The notes below the pieces were generated by a model. The model did not search any database, was not told the origin of the DNA, and saw only the letters and a program-made list of their open reading frames with translations. The position numbers and the translations under genes were made by a program. Below, piece after piece: positions 25,169-37,256 of a DNA stretch of 64,000 nt (position 1 is its first letter; each line of letters starts with the position of its first letter). Source of the stretch: Raja brachyura (lineage: Eukaryota); contig OY740807.1 in the NCBI GenBank assembly GCA_963514005.1, forward strand, positions 11,222,001 through 11,286,000, in the 5' to 3' direction.

Positions 25169-27805
25169 GATGTATATAATTTGATGTATATAATTTTGAT
25201 GTATATAATTTGTGAGTGGTTGCTTTGAGATTAGGTATGGTCCATTTTTGACCTGTTTGACCTGGCTAATTTATATTTATGCTCCCTTGTTTGGCAATTT
25301 CCAGCTTTTCTAACCCCCAAAAAAGTAACCCGGCCAGGGCACAGTCTAACTCTCAGCAATCACACAGGTGTATGTGTTGAACCCAAGTTTTTACAAAAAC
25401 GGACTCCTACAGGTCAAGTCCGAGCAGCGTCTTTATCTGGTACACAATCTTTTTTTGTTTCTTCCTGAACAGTTGATGCAAGTCATACAGAAACTAAATA
25501 ATGTGGTATATTAACAGTGTGCTCTCCCCATTCTAAGTAAGCCTGAAGCATTCTTAGCGTTAATGTTCTAAATGTGTTCACAATCAGTTTAGCACCTCTC
25601 CCTTTGACAGGTCTTGATGTATTGCATCGGATTCATACTGTTTTGAGTTCAGCATTTCTGCATTTGGGTATGGATTTTCACCTCTATCAACTGGGCTATA
25701 ATTTTAAAGTGGATTGTACGCTCTTCATAGAACCCACCTAATTTCCGAAAGCTTTATCAGCTTGAAATATTAGTCCTGTTTCTCTGCACAGATGCTGCAG
25801 TCTTACTGAATGTTCCAGCATTCAGTTTTTACTATGCTTTGGAACTTGTTCTCAACTGGGATTTTCACTTGTAGCTTTTTTTTCACATTTGCTGTTTTAA
25901 CTGCTACTTTAACTTTCTATCCTTACAAGTTCACGATAGAATCTGCAGATTCATTTATTCTGCGATTGCAGCATTAGCAACGCTATAATCTCAGTTTTAT
26001 TTTCTAACTTAAACAAAATGTTCTTGCCTTCTGTTAATGCTGCGTTTCAATTTTGTAGATCATGGTAGCACAGCTGTGGGGGGTGGGTGCTGGCAGATTA
26101 TTTTTGCTCAAGATTCCAGCATCTGCAGTCTCTCGTGTCTCCAATGTTGATTTTAGATTGAATCATCAGGGGTATTCCATTACTACTCTGAACATTCTCC
26201 ATCCTAATTAGAAGCTTTCAACAGAAGGATTTACAGTGATCAGATCTGGATATTGTCTTTTTATGTACGAGGGATGGCAAATATTGGTACTTTCAGCTGT
26301 CGGGAGCCTTTTCATACTTGTATGTGCTGCATTAAACTCTTTTTACTCTTTTAATTGCTTCCAACATTTGTAATAGATGTATGTTATTAAATAGGAAACT
26401 TTGAGGGGAGAAAAAAAGCTTGCATTTATTTTCAGTAGCTTAAATTATTTTTCAATGATCAATAGAAAGATATTGTTTTAGATGCTGCTGTGATTTTCAA
26501 AGTTCACTATTTAATGGAATAGAGTGGAACTGTGATAGTCTGGCACCTTTTTACAGTCTCAGCAGATTTTCTGGACTGTCAAATGATACTTATTAATCTC
26601 CCCCCCACTTTTTTTTAAACAAACTACACATTGTAAAATAAATTTTCCAGGAACTCTGCGTTTAAAGGTCGTGGGATATATGCAAGCACTCTGCATCCCA
26701 GCTACAGCTGCAAACTGTATTACTCAATTTCCATCCTGGGATAAATGAAGTTCTAGAAGGAACTGCAGATGCTGGAAAATCGAAGGTAGACAAAAATGCT
26801 GGAGAAACTCAGCGGGTGAGGCAGCATCTATGGAGCGAAGGCAATAGGCAACGTTTCGGGCAGAAACCATTCTTCAGACTGATGTGGGGGGGTGGGGGGG
26901 GGGGGGGGGGGCTTGAGCGGCTTGAACATTGACTTCTCCAATTTCCGGTAGCCCTTGCTGTCTCCTCCCCTTCTCAGCTCTCCCTCAGCCCTCTGGCTCC
27001 TCCTCTTACTTTCTTCTTCCGCCCACCCTGCATCAGTCTGAAGAAGGGTTTCGGCCCAAAAAGTTGCCTATAAATAAAGTTCTATCGTATCATAAACTAC
27101 CTACGTTCCTGACCCTTGGTGTTCCAAACCCAAATCTTGTCTCTGAGCACACAGTCCGGAGCCTCACCTGTATTCCTCGCCACCGTCTCTGGCAGGGCAC
27201 CCTATTCATTTCTCAGTTCACATATAGCCAATATGTGAACCAGATGTCAAACCGTCACCGTTTCGAACGTATACACAAAATGCTGGAGTAACTCGAGCAT
27301 CATCTCTGGATAGAAGGAATGGATGACGTTTCGGGTCGAGCCATTTTTCAGACTGGGAGTCAGGGGAGAGGGAGCTGAGATATTCCAGATGAATTACTCC
27401 AGCATATTGTGTCCATCTTCGGTGCAAACCAGCATCTGCAGTTCTTTCCTACACACTATGGTTTTGAACAATCAGATGTCATATTATTAAAGTTTTACTG
27501 TACTTTAACCATTGTTTTTTTAATGAACAGCACTAAAAAAAAGTTATACTTGAAAGTTATCACACAAATGAAGTGTCATTTCTCGCCAACTTACTGGCAC
27601 ATAATTTCTTGTTCTGAGCCTCTGAGACAGTTCCTGACTGAGGAATTGTGTTTTGTACACTGTTGGAGGGGTGTAGTGAAATGCTGTTTTGCCTGCTGGT
27701 GGTTATTAATGGGTTCAATACACGCTGATTAATTTTGTGCTTAATTTAAGTTCTTCTTAAATGGATGCAGAATTCCTATTGATTTGGATTGTTTTTTTTT
27801 TACAG

Positions 27806-27874
27806 GGTGAAATTAGAGCCACGGTTTTCACTGATCAAGTGGACAGGTTTTTCCCGCTCATTGAAGTAAATAAG
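27806..27874 (+). CDS. RPA1: RPA1 coding exon (exon 9 equivalent), 69 nt
   Basis: [23 protein letters not shown] with a poly-T tacag acceptor and AAG|gtaaag donor. Confidence 0.96.
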
Positions 27875-30159
27875 GTAAAGATATCTTTAGTTTGAAATTC
27901 ATAATCCATGATAGCACTTAATACATGTAAACAAAAGACAGAGTTTTGTATTTTTAAAATATCTTTCAGCTGGTGCTGGAAAAACTGCAGAGAAGGTAAA
28001 ATACTATAATGACATTGGAGTCAGTACAAAGGAGACTCACCAGGCTAATTCCTGGGATGAAAGGGTTATCCCTGCCACAGAGACCAAATAGTTTGAGCTA
28101 CTTTCCATTCCTCGGAGTTTGGAAGAATGAGTGATGATCCCATTCAAATATGAGAATCCAAGGGTGATGCTGAGAGAGTGCCTGACATCGTAAATGTTGG
28201 CTGGACTCAAAAAGCTGGAATAACTCAGCGGGACAGGCAGTATCACTGGAGAGAAGGAATGATCTCGACCCAAAATGTCACCCATTCCTTCTCTCCGGAG
28301 ATGCTGCCTGTCTGGCTGAGTTACTCCAGCTATTTGTGTCTATCTTTGGTTTAAACCAGTATCTGCAGTTCCTTCCTTCACATGGTAAATGGTGGAATGT
28401 CTACACGAGTGGGAGAGTCCTGAACTTGTGACCCAGGACTGTACAGGAGCAGGACCTTTGGCCCATAATGTTAAGAGAGTCAAGAGTCACAATGTGTGTG
28501 CTGAAAATGATACCAAGATAAACTGTTTGCGTCTGCCTGCACATGATCCATTCTGTTTCCGTGAGCCAATCTAAAAGTACCTTAAATGCCACTCTAGTAT
28601 CTGCCTCCACCAGCCCTGCCACTGTATTCCAGGCACCCACCAACTGCCCTGTACAAATAATAAATATTTTAAACTTTGCCACACTCGCTATAAAGCTTTG
28701 CCCTCTTGTCTTTGACATATCAGCCCTGAAAAAAGGTTCTGATTGTCTTCCCTATCTATGCCTCATAACTTTTTATTCTTCTATCCCTTCAACCTCCAGT
28801 ACACACAGCACTGACACTCACATGTAGTCTCTCAATTCTGATTTGGTGCACCAGAAATGCGCATCAGCAGAGGGGGAGGTTGTCCGTCACATTTCTAGCA
28901 CAACAGCACAAAGCTTGACCACATGTCTTGTTTAAAGTACAGGTTGGGGTACGTATATGTGAGTATTGAGACTGCAGGAATAATAGCATGAGAACAGACA
29001 TCCCCCAGTGCTCCTCTCAATCTTCCAACAACCTGGAGAAAGCAATCCAGGTCTGATCTAATTGAAGACTGGTGCGAATGTGGGTGTGCTTTATATACTG
29101 CTGAAATGTGCATTTGCTAAGGATACCTGGCAAGAGAAAGAGGAATGTTTCCAGGATGAAGTATGAAGAGAAAGTGGATCTCCTGCATCCAACATTTGTG
29201 TTGGCAGACTCCCTTGGAAAGTTATGAGCCCAAGGTCAAATGTCTCTTGAGGGGAAGAAATACTTAGTACATCATGGATGCTTTTGTCTTGCCCAAAAGT
29301 GCCTCAACATTGGAAAACAAAAATGGCAGTGGAGGGGGGAAATTGATCATCAATCACACAATCGAAGATGAAGTTGAGAGTTGAATGCTTAAGCCTATTG
29401 TAACTCCTATTCAAATCTGAATATAAATGTGTTTGAAAGGGTTTTGCGACTATTTATTCCTCCTGTCAACTTTACCTATAAACCCAGACAAGAGAGTTTA
29501 TAATAGAAATTTAAATAATATGACAGTGTGACTTCAGAATATTAAATGAATTTCACCTGCACATATCAGTTTAGTTATTCACTCTCTTAGCTCATCCAAC
29601 CAGATGTATAGTTGTGATTTTGTCGTGCATTGGAAGAGGAGGATGATTACTTTCATGAATTGAACTCCTTTAATTGGGGGTTATAATTGTGAAGAAAGTC
29701 TCGGGCTATTGAAGTTTTTTTTTATGGTAGAGTCTCCAACATTCTCAGAAATATGAAAGGTTTGAAAAGGACAAAATAGTGATAGATTGGATCTCTCAAT
29801 TGGCGAATTGTAACAGGACAAGGATTGACATCTGTTATCACCAGAATCATTAAAGCGCAGTTGCTGTTTAGGCACTGACTATTTAAGCATCATTTCGAAG
29901 GAATTTCATCCTTTGTGAAAATGGAAAATAAAAGCTGTAAGGATAGATATTTCCAGTCAATCCCATGGCGCAACATTTATTTTTAGCTTCTTTCACATTG
30001 TAAAGTATGAAATTTCTTCATTTGAATAAAAATTCCCTTGTGTTTTTGAGTGATGTTTGGCCAATTGCTACAACAAGGTTTGGCAAAAGAGCTTATTTAA
30101 TTATTTCCAGTCGATCTCCTTATCTCATGACATAACTATGTCATGACGAGAGCCCACAA

Positions 30160-31575
30160 GATCAAATGTCAAGAGTCGCGAGAATTTATTGCCATGTGTC
30201 CCAGATAGGACAATGAAATTCTTGCTTACTGCAGCACGAGCATAAATACAGAACAGTTCAGTGTGTCTATATAGCATAGTGTAGAGGCACCAAACGTGGT
30301 GGACAAATGGGTTATTTTATTCAGGCATAATAGGTTCGTTATACATGCACGTTGGTCCTCTAACACAAAGTTGTTGTTGTTGCTGCTGCGAGGCTGTTGC
30401 CTCGTGGGCTGGAGCTGAGCCCCTACTGAGGTGGAAGGACGCTCACCCCTAGAGAGAAGAGAGCTGGTCAGCTCGGAGTAAGAGAGAGAGACAGAGAAGA
30501 AAGGAGAGAGGGGGGGGGGTTCGTTATATGTACCAGGACACACCCCTATAACCCGTGACAACTCCTCCTTCCCATTGCCCAGTCACACGACCATACCCCC
30601 AACTGCTGAGGGTTTGTGTAGCTAGTGGCCCAACCACCGGGTGCTGCCACAATAGGCCATATTTTTCCACATAAATAAACAGATAAAGTGCAATAGGCTG
30701 TTATAGTTCAGAGTTTGTTTGATGGCGAGTTTAATGGCTGTGTGGAAGAAGCTGTTCCTGAACCTAGATGTACCAGATTTCAGGCTCCTGTACCTTTTAC
30801 CTGATGGTAGCAGAGAGATGAATGTGGCCAGGATGGTGTGGGTCCTTGATGTTGGCAGCCTTTTTGAGACAGCGACTGCAATAGATCCCTTCGATGGTGG
30901 GGAGGTCAGAGCCGATGATGGACTGGGCAGTGGTCACAACTTTCTGCATTCTTTTCCGCTCCTGGATGCTCAAGTTGCCAAACCAAGCCACGGTGCAACC
31001 AGTCAGCCTGCTCTCTACTGTGCACCTGTAGAAGTTCGAGAGAGTCCGCTTTGACATACCGACTCCGTAATCTTCTCGGGAAGTAGAGATGCTGATGTGC
31101 TTTCTTTATAATTGCATCAGTGTGCTAGGACCAGGAAAGATCTTCGGGAATATGCACGCCCAGGAATTTGAAGTTCTTGACCCTTTCCACCATCGTCTGT
31201 TGATATAAACGGAATTGTTGGTCACTGTCCTACCCCTTCCAAAGTCCACAATCAGTTCCTTGGTTTTGCTGGTGTTGAGAGCCACGTTATTGTGCTGGCA
31301 CCATTTGGTCAATTGGTCGATCTCACTTCTATACTCTGACTCATCACCATCAGTGATTCGGCCAACAACGGTGGTGTCGTCGGCGAACGTGATGATGGAG
31401 TTCGCACTATGTCCGGCTACGCAGTCATGAGTATAGAGTGAGTAAAGCAGGGGAGTATAGAGTGAGCACGCAGCTCCCATGCTGATTGTTATCGAGGATG
31501 GCACATTTCCACCAATACGGACAGACTGTGGTCTGTGGATGAGGAAGTCGAGGATCCAATTGCAGAGGGATGGCA
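30160..31575 (-). mobile_element. Rex1/Babar-like LINE, 3' portion
   Basis: [13 protein letters not shown]...[26 protein letters not shown]...KTKELIVDF and LSNFYRCTVES...VAWFGN motifs. Interrupted by a solo LTR. Confidence 0.8.
30280..30651 (-). mobile_element. Solo LTR, 372 bp
   Basis: TG...CA ends with short inverted termini (TGTAGAGGCACC / GGTGCTGCCACA), a 4-bp TSD ATAG and AATAAA on the minus strand. Confidence 0.7.
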
Positions 31576-32590
31576 GATCATGAATAGCAGGTTGGCTGGA
31601 TGGCATAGACAAAGAATGGCAATAAAGGGGGCTGCCAGTGACTAGTGGAGTTCCTCAAGGGTCGGTGCTGGGCCCGCTACTCTTCATGTTGCACATTAAT
31701 GATTTGGACGAGGGGATTGAAGGCTTTGTGGCCAAGTTTGTGGATGATACGAAAATAGGTGGAGGGGCAGGTAGTGAAGAGAAAGCAGGGGCTCGGCAGA
31801 ACGACCTGGACAGGTTGGGAGTGTGGGCAGAGAAGTGACAGATGTAGCATAGTGTGAAGTCATGTATTTTGGTAGTAGGAATAAAGGCATAGACTATTTT
31901 CTAAATGGAGAGAATCCAGAAATCTGAGGTGCAAAGGTCTTTGGAGTACTGGTGCAGGATTCCCAAAAAGGTAATCTGCAAGACTAATCAGTAGTAAAGA
32001 AAGCTAACTCAAGGCTAGCATTTATTCAAGGGGGCTTGTATACAAAACAGGGATGTAATGCTGAGGCTCTGAGGTGTAGAGGTGTAGATAAGGCCGCATT
32101 TGGAATATTGTGAGATGTGCTGGTTCTGGAGAGGGTCCAGAGGAGGTTTACAAGAATGATCCCAGGAATGAGTAGGTTAACCTATGATGAGTGTTTGTTG
32201 GCACTGGGCCTGCACTCGCTAGAGTTTATAAGAATGAGGGGGGACCCTCATTGAAACATACAGAATAATGAAAGGCTTGGATGGAGTGGATGGCTCTAGG
32301 ACTAGAGGTCACAGTCTCAGAATTAATGGACACTCTTTTAGGAAGGAGATGAGCAGAACTTTCTTCAGTCAGTGGGTTGTGAATCTGTGGTATTCTTTGC
32401 CATAGACGGCTGCAGTCAGTGGATATTGTTAAGGCAGAGATAGATAGATTCTTGATTAGTACAGGTGTCAGAGGTTATCGCGAGAAGGCAGGAGAATGCG
32501 GTTAGGAGGGAGAGTTAGATCAGCCATGATTGAATGGCGTGGTCGACGATGGGCCGAATGGCCTAATTCTACTCCGATCATTTATGATGT
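31576..32590 (+). mobile_element. Degraded CR1 LINE 3' portion
   Basis: [15 protein letters not shown]...[12 protein letters not shown] motifs followed by the CR1 3' UTR. Confidence 0.85.
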
Positions 32591-33341
32591 TAATTACCAA
32601 GAACATTTTCACTATTCTTGAAATTGTTCACTTTTTTCTCCTTGCATGAACGGGTGGTAAAAATGTAAATATAATAAAGTGACAATGAGGACGTTAACCG
32701 GTTGTGGACTTGCTGCTTGCACATTTGTTTCTATTATCAATTTTGATTCATGGCCAGTGATCTACTCGATGTGTAGGAAGGAACTGCAGATGCTGGTTTA
32801 CACTGAAGATAGACACAAAATGCTGGAGTAAGCCAGCGAGTCAGACAGCATCTCTGGAGAAAAGGAATAGCTGATTTTGGGTCGGATCTGAAGAAAGGTC
32901 TTGACCCAAAACGTCACCTATTCCTTTTCTCCAGAGATGCCGCATGACCTGCTAAGTTATTCCAGCTTTTTGTGTCTATCTTAAGTAATCTACTGAGTGT
33001 GGGTCATTTGTTGGGCATTAGTGTCAAATCGAGTAGGAGCACTTCATTCACTCGATGCAGCGTGCCTCTTGAGTAAAGACCTTTTGGGAGTGTGAACGGC
33101 ATTGCTTTCCCTTTGCTACTGGTTTCTCACGTTTGAAATGAAAATCTTGCAAGCATTACAGATGTGGGCAATCATGATCAATTTTTTTGACTGAAGCTCC
33201 GCTCATGCCATGGCACTATTTTATGTCCAACCTGTCTGCAGGATTTTTTGTTTCCAGCTATAAGAATCAAAGGTGTGTGGTCAAACTTGAGACAGGATAG
33301 CAAGCTGAGTCTAAAAATGTGCACTTGTTATGTTATTCCAG

Positions 33342-33534
33342 GTATATTTGTTATCAAAAGGAACACTGAAGACTGCTAACAAACAGTACACATCCGTGAA
33401 GAACGATTATGAGATGACATTTAACAATGAAACTTCCGTGGTCCCGTGCGATGATGCAGATGACTTGCCCACAGTACAATTTGAGTTTGTACCAATTAAT
33501 CAGCTTGAAAACATGAACAAAGATATAATGCTTG
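33342..33534 (+). CDS. RPA1: RPA1 coding exon (exon 10 equivalent), 193 nt
   Basis: [64 protein letters not shown] with canonical splice sites. Confidence 0.97.
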
Positions 33535-33940
33535 GTGAGGCATTATCGTGGGAAGTTTTGATGTGGGGTAATATAACAAATTGTTACAGTACTGCTTCTG
33601 GTCACTGGATGGTGCTGCCTGAAAATAAGTAAATGGAAAATATGCTTTGGACGTTCCTTGCTAGTCTCCACTGAAATAGTTTTTGTTTTAAACCTATAAA
33701 TATGGAAATGGGTTAAATTGATGGAAAATAATTTGGCCGCTGGTTCCTGTAAAACAAATAAAATTGAAATGCTAAGAGTGCCAATGTGAATTGAAAATGG
33801 AGAAAAGGAGGTTTCAATACATGTTGATTCTGAAACACAAAATCTCTGGCCACTTGAATTTAAGAAAACATTGTTGACTTTTTCTTTCATGCTGTGCTGT
33901 TTATTTTAAATTTTCACTTTTCAAAAATATCTAATTCCAG

Positions 33941-34080
33941 ATGTAATTGGAATCTGCAAGTCATTTGAAGACGTCAGTAAGATAACAGTGAGGTCAAATA
34001 ATCGCGAGGTATCCAAGAGAAATGTCTACCTAATGGACGCGTCTGGGAAAGTTGTCAGTGCTACACTGTGGGGAGAATAT
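33941..34080 (+). CDS. RPA1: RPA1 coding exon (exon 11 equivalent, DBD-B), 140 nt
   Basis: [47 protein letters not shown] with canonical splice sites. Confidence 0.97.
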
Positions 34081-34359
34081 GTAAGATCCTTTTTCCAGAA
34101 TTGACTAGCGGTTTTGCAGACTTTAAGATAATGTGAATATTCTTACAATTAAATTTATGCTAATCAGTTATACCCTATCAATTCTGTTAGCATAAAGGTT
34201 TGTGCTCAAGGTTTGAATGAAGCAGTGCGCACACATCTTCTGATTGCAGCTCAAGCCAATTTTTCGAAGCTAGGGTGTGACAAAGTGCGTTCTGTGGAAT
34301 TTGTTTTTTTAACTCTTCCTGGGGACCTTCATAGCTCAGCAAAATATGTCACTTGAGAT

Positions 34360-34655
34360 TAAGTTTAGTTTAGAGATACAGCGTGGAAACAGGCCCACCG
34401 AGTCTGCCGACCAGCGATCCCCGCCCACTAACGCTATCCTACACGCACACGGGACAATTTTGCAATTATACCGAGCCAATTAACCTACAAACCTGTACAT
34501 CTTTGGTGTGTGGGAAGAAATCGGAGGTCCCGGAGAAAACCCTCGCGGGTCACGGGGAGAATGCACAAATTCCCTGCAGACAGCGCCCATAGTCAGGATT
34601 GATCCCGGGTCTTTGGCGCTGTAAGGCAGCAACTTTGCCACTGTGCTGCCGCCCA
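34360..34655 (-). mobile_element. V-SINE / HE1-like SINE
   Basis: Tail repeat TTTAG on the plus strand, plus V-domain core and tRNA-like head in reverse complement. Confidence 0.75.
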
Positions 34656-35585
34656 CTTTTAATCAGAGAAAGGGCCTTGACCTGAACGACAAGGAGGATG
34701 CAACAAATCACCAGCCTGTTGATTCTAAATTATCGCTGGAGTATAGTTTTCTTATTATTTGTGGGTTCTGTGTGAAATTTCATACATTTCTGTAACATCA
34801 CCCATATCAACAACATCAGCACCGATTGTTGTTTAAGGAATGGGTGGGAAACATGTTTATTATTAGCATAGACAGTATACCTCCAAGGACATAATTATAC
34901 CTTGTATGCTGTGATTTCCCTGCATAGCACGCAAAACATAGTTTTTCACTATCTGTAGATGTGACAATAATAAACCAATACCAAGATTTTCTGGCAGGGT
35001 TATCGTGAATATAAGATTCACAAACGAGATTGGAGACAAAGAGAGAATAGCGGGAAAAAAAGTTTTGAATTAAAAATGAAGATATTACATGGTTTTAAAT
35101 GGAGCAGATTTGAATAGGAAAATGTGAGATTGAACTCAGACTCAACCAGAATGTAGACTGATTTAGTGAGTGGGCAGAAATTGGTAGATAGCTACAGTGC
35201 TTTCCATAATGATTGGGACAAAGACCCATCGTTTGTTTATTTGCCTCTGTACTCCACAATTTGAGATTTGTAAAAGGAAAAAAAAACACATGTGGTTGAA
35301 GTGCACATTGTCAGATTTTATTAACGGGTGTTTTTAAATATTTTAGTAGAAATTACAGCTGTGTTTATACATACAGATGCTCCTCGACTTGCGATGCTTC
35401 GACTTGCGATATTTTGACTTTGCGATGGTGCAAAAGCGAAACACATTCAGTAGAAACCGTACTTTGAATTCTGAATATTGATCTTTTCACGGGCGAGGGA
35501 TATGCGGTACGATACTCTCGTTATGCTGGACAACGGCAGCAAGCCGCAGCTCCCAGTCAGCCACGCGATCACGAGTGTAAACAGC

Positions 35586-35881
35586 AGTGGCGCAGCGGTA
35601 GAGTTGCTGCCTTTCAGCGAATGCAGCGCCGGACACCAGGGTTCGATCCCGACTACGGGTGTTGTCTGTACGGAGTTTGTATGTTCTCCCCATGACCAGT
35701 GTAGGTTTTCTCCGAGATCTACATTTTCCTCCCACACTCCAAAGACGTACATGTATGTAGGATAATTGTCTTGGTAAATGTTAAAAAATGTCCCTAGTGT
35801 GTGTAGGATAGTGTTAATATCCGGGGATTGCTGGTTGGCTGAAGGGCCTGTTTCCGCGCTGTATCTCTAAATTAAACTAAA
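35586..35881 (+). mobile_element. V-SINE / HE1-like SINE nested in the Tigger-like element
   Basis: A-box-like TGGCGCAGCGG, B-box-like GGTTCGATCC, V core and CTAAA tail. Confidence 0.8.
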
Positions 35882-36312
35882 CCGATAGCGCGGCCAGCGA
35901 GATGCCGCGCCTCTGCTTGTTTGCTGGACGCCGCCAGTAACAAGATGCGCTCGGTGACGATGGGCTGACCGGCGCCTTCTTGGGCAGCTGCACTGGCTGG
36001 GGCTGTGGCTGAGCCGGTTGTTGCTGCCGCCGCCTTTTCTACACCGTTGCTCCCTTATCCGGCAGAGGGCCAGCCTGAGGCGGGGTGGTGCCGTTTCCAC
36101 CGCCGCCTCCTCCCTCTGCGCCCTCCTGCCTCCCCATTAGCCGTGAAATTCCGGCTTCCTCAACTATGCGGAGTAGCTTGGAACCTGTTCTTTCCTTCTC
36201 TTTCTCTCGGTTCCAATCTCTCACTAGGAGCGGTCGAAATTAGTGGAGCGATGAGCGCCAGCAGCCGTTTTTGTGATGTTCTCCCCACACAACACAACAT
36301 TCGTGCCACTTT

Positions 36313-37256
36313 ATAGACAATAGGTGCAGGAGTAGGTCATTTGGCCCATTGAGCCAGCACCGCCATTCAATGTGATCATGGCTGATCATCCCCAATCAGT
36401 ACCCCATTCCTGCCTTCTCCCCATATCCCCTGACTCTGCTATTTTTAGGAGCCCTATCTAGCACTCTCTTGAAAGCATCCAGAGAACCTGCCTCCACCGC
36501 CCTCTGAGGCAGAGAATTCCACAGACTCACCACTCTCTGTGAGGAAAAGTGTTTCCTCGTCTCCGTTCTAAATGGCTTACTCCTTATTTTTAAACTGTGG
36601 CCCCTGGTTCTGGACTTCACCAACATCGGGAGCATGTTTCCTGCCTCTAGTGTGTCCAAGCCCTTAACAATCTTGTATGTTTCAATGAGATCCCCTCTCA
36701 TCCTTCTAAACTCCAGAGTGTACATGCCCAGTTGCTCCATTCTCTCAGCATATGACTGTCCCGCCATCCTGGGAATTAACCTTGTAACCCTACGCTGCAC
36801 TCCCTCAATAGCAAGAATGTCCTTCCTCAAATTAGGGGACCAAAACTGCACAAAATACTCTAGGTGTGGTCTCACTAGGGCTCTGTACAACTGCAGAAAG
36901 ACCTCTTTGCTCCTATATTCGATTCCTCTTGTTATAAAGGCCAACATGTCATTCGCTTTCTTCACTGCCTGCTGTACCTGCAGGCTTACTTTCATAGACT
37001 GGTGTACAAGGTCCCATTGTACTTCCCCTTTTCCCAACTTGACACCATTTAGATAGTAATCTGCCTTCCTGTTTTTGCTACCAAAGTGGATAACCTCACA
37101 TTTATCCACATTAAACTTCATCTGCCATGCATCTGCCCACTCCCCCAACCTGTCCGACAAGTCACCCTGCATTCTCATAGCATCCTCCTCACAGTTCACA
37201 CTGCCACCCAGCTTTGTGTCATCTGCAAATTTGCTAATGTTACTTTGAATCCCTTC
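36313..37256 (-). mobile_element. CR1 LINE 3' fragment nested in the Tigger-like element
   Basis: ORF 36396-37199 is the CR1 ORF2 C-terminus ([28 protein letters not shown]). Confidence 0.92.

Noticed and set aside
25168-25211. Three tandem GATGTATATAATTT units
   Set aside because: Ordinary slippage repeat at a CR1 junction, with no spacers, so not CRISPR-like.
35586-35660. tRNA-like A and B boxes as a tRNA gene
   Set aside because: They form a SINE head that continues into the V core and tail; no complete cloverleaf is seen.
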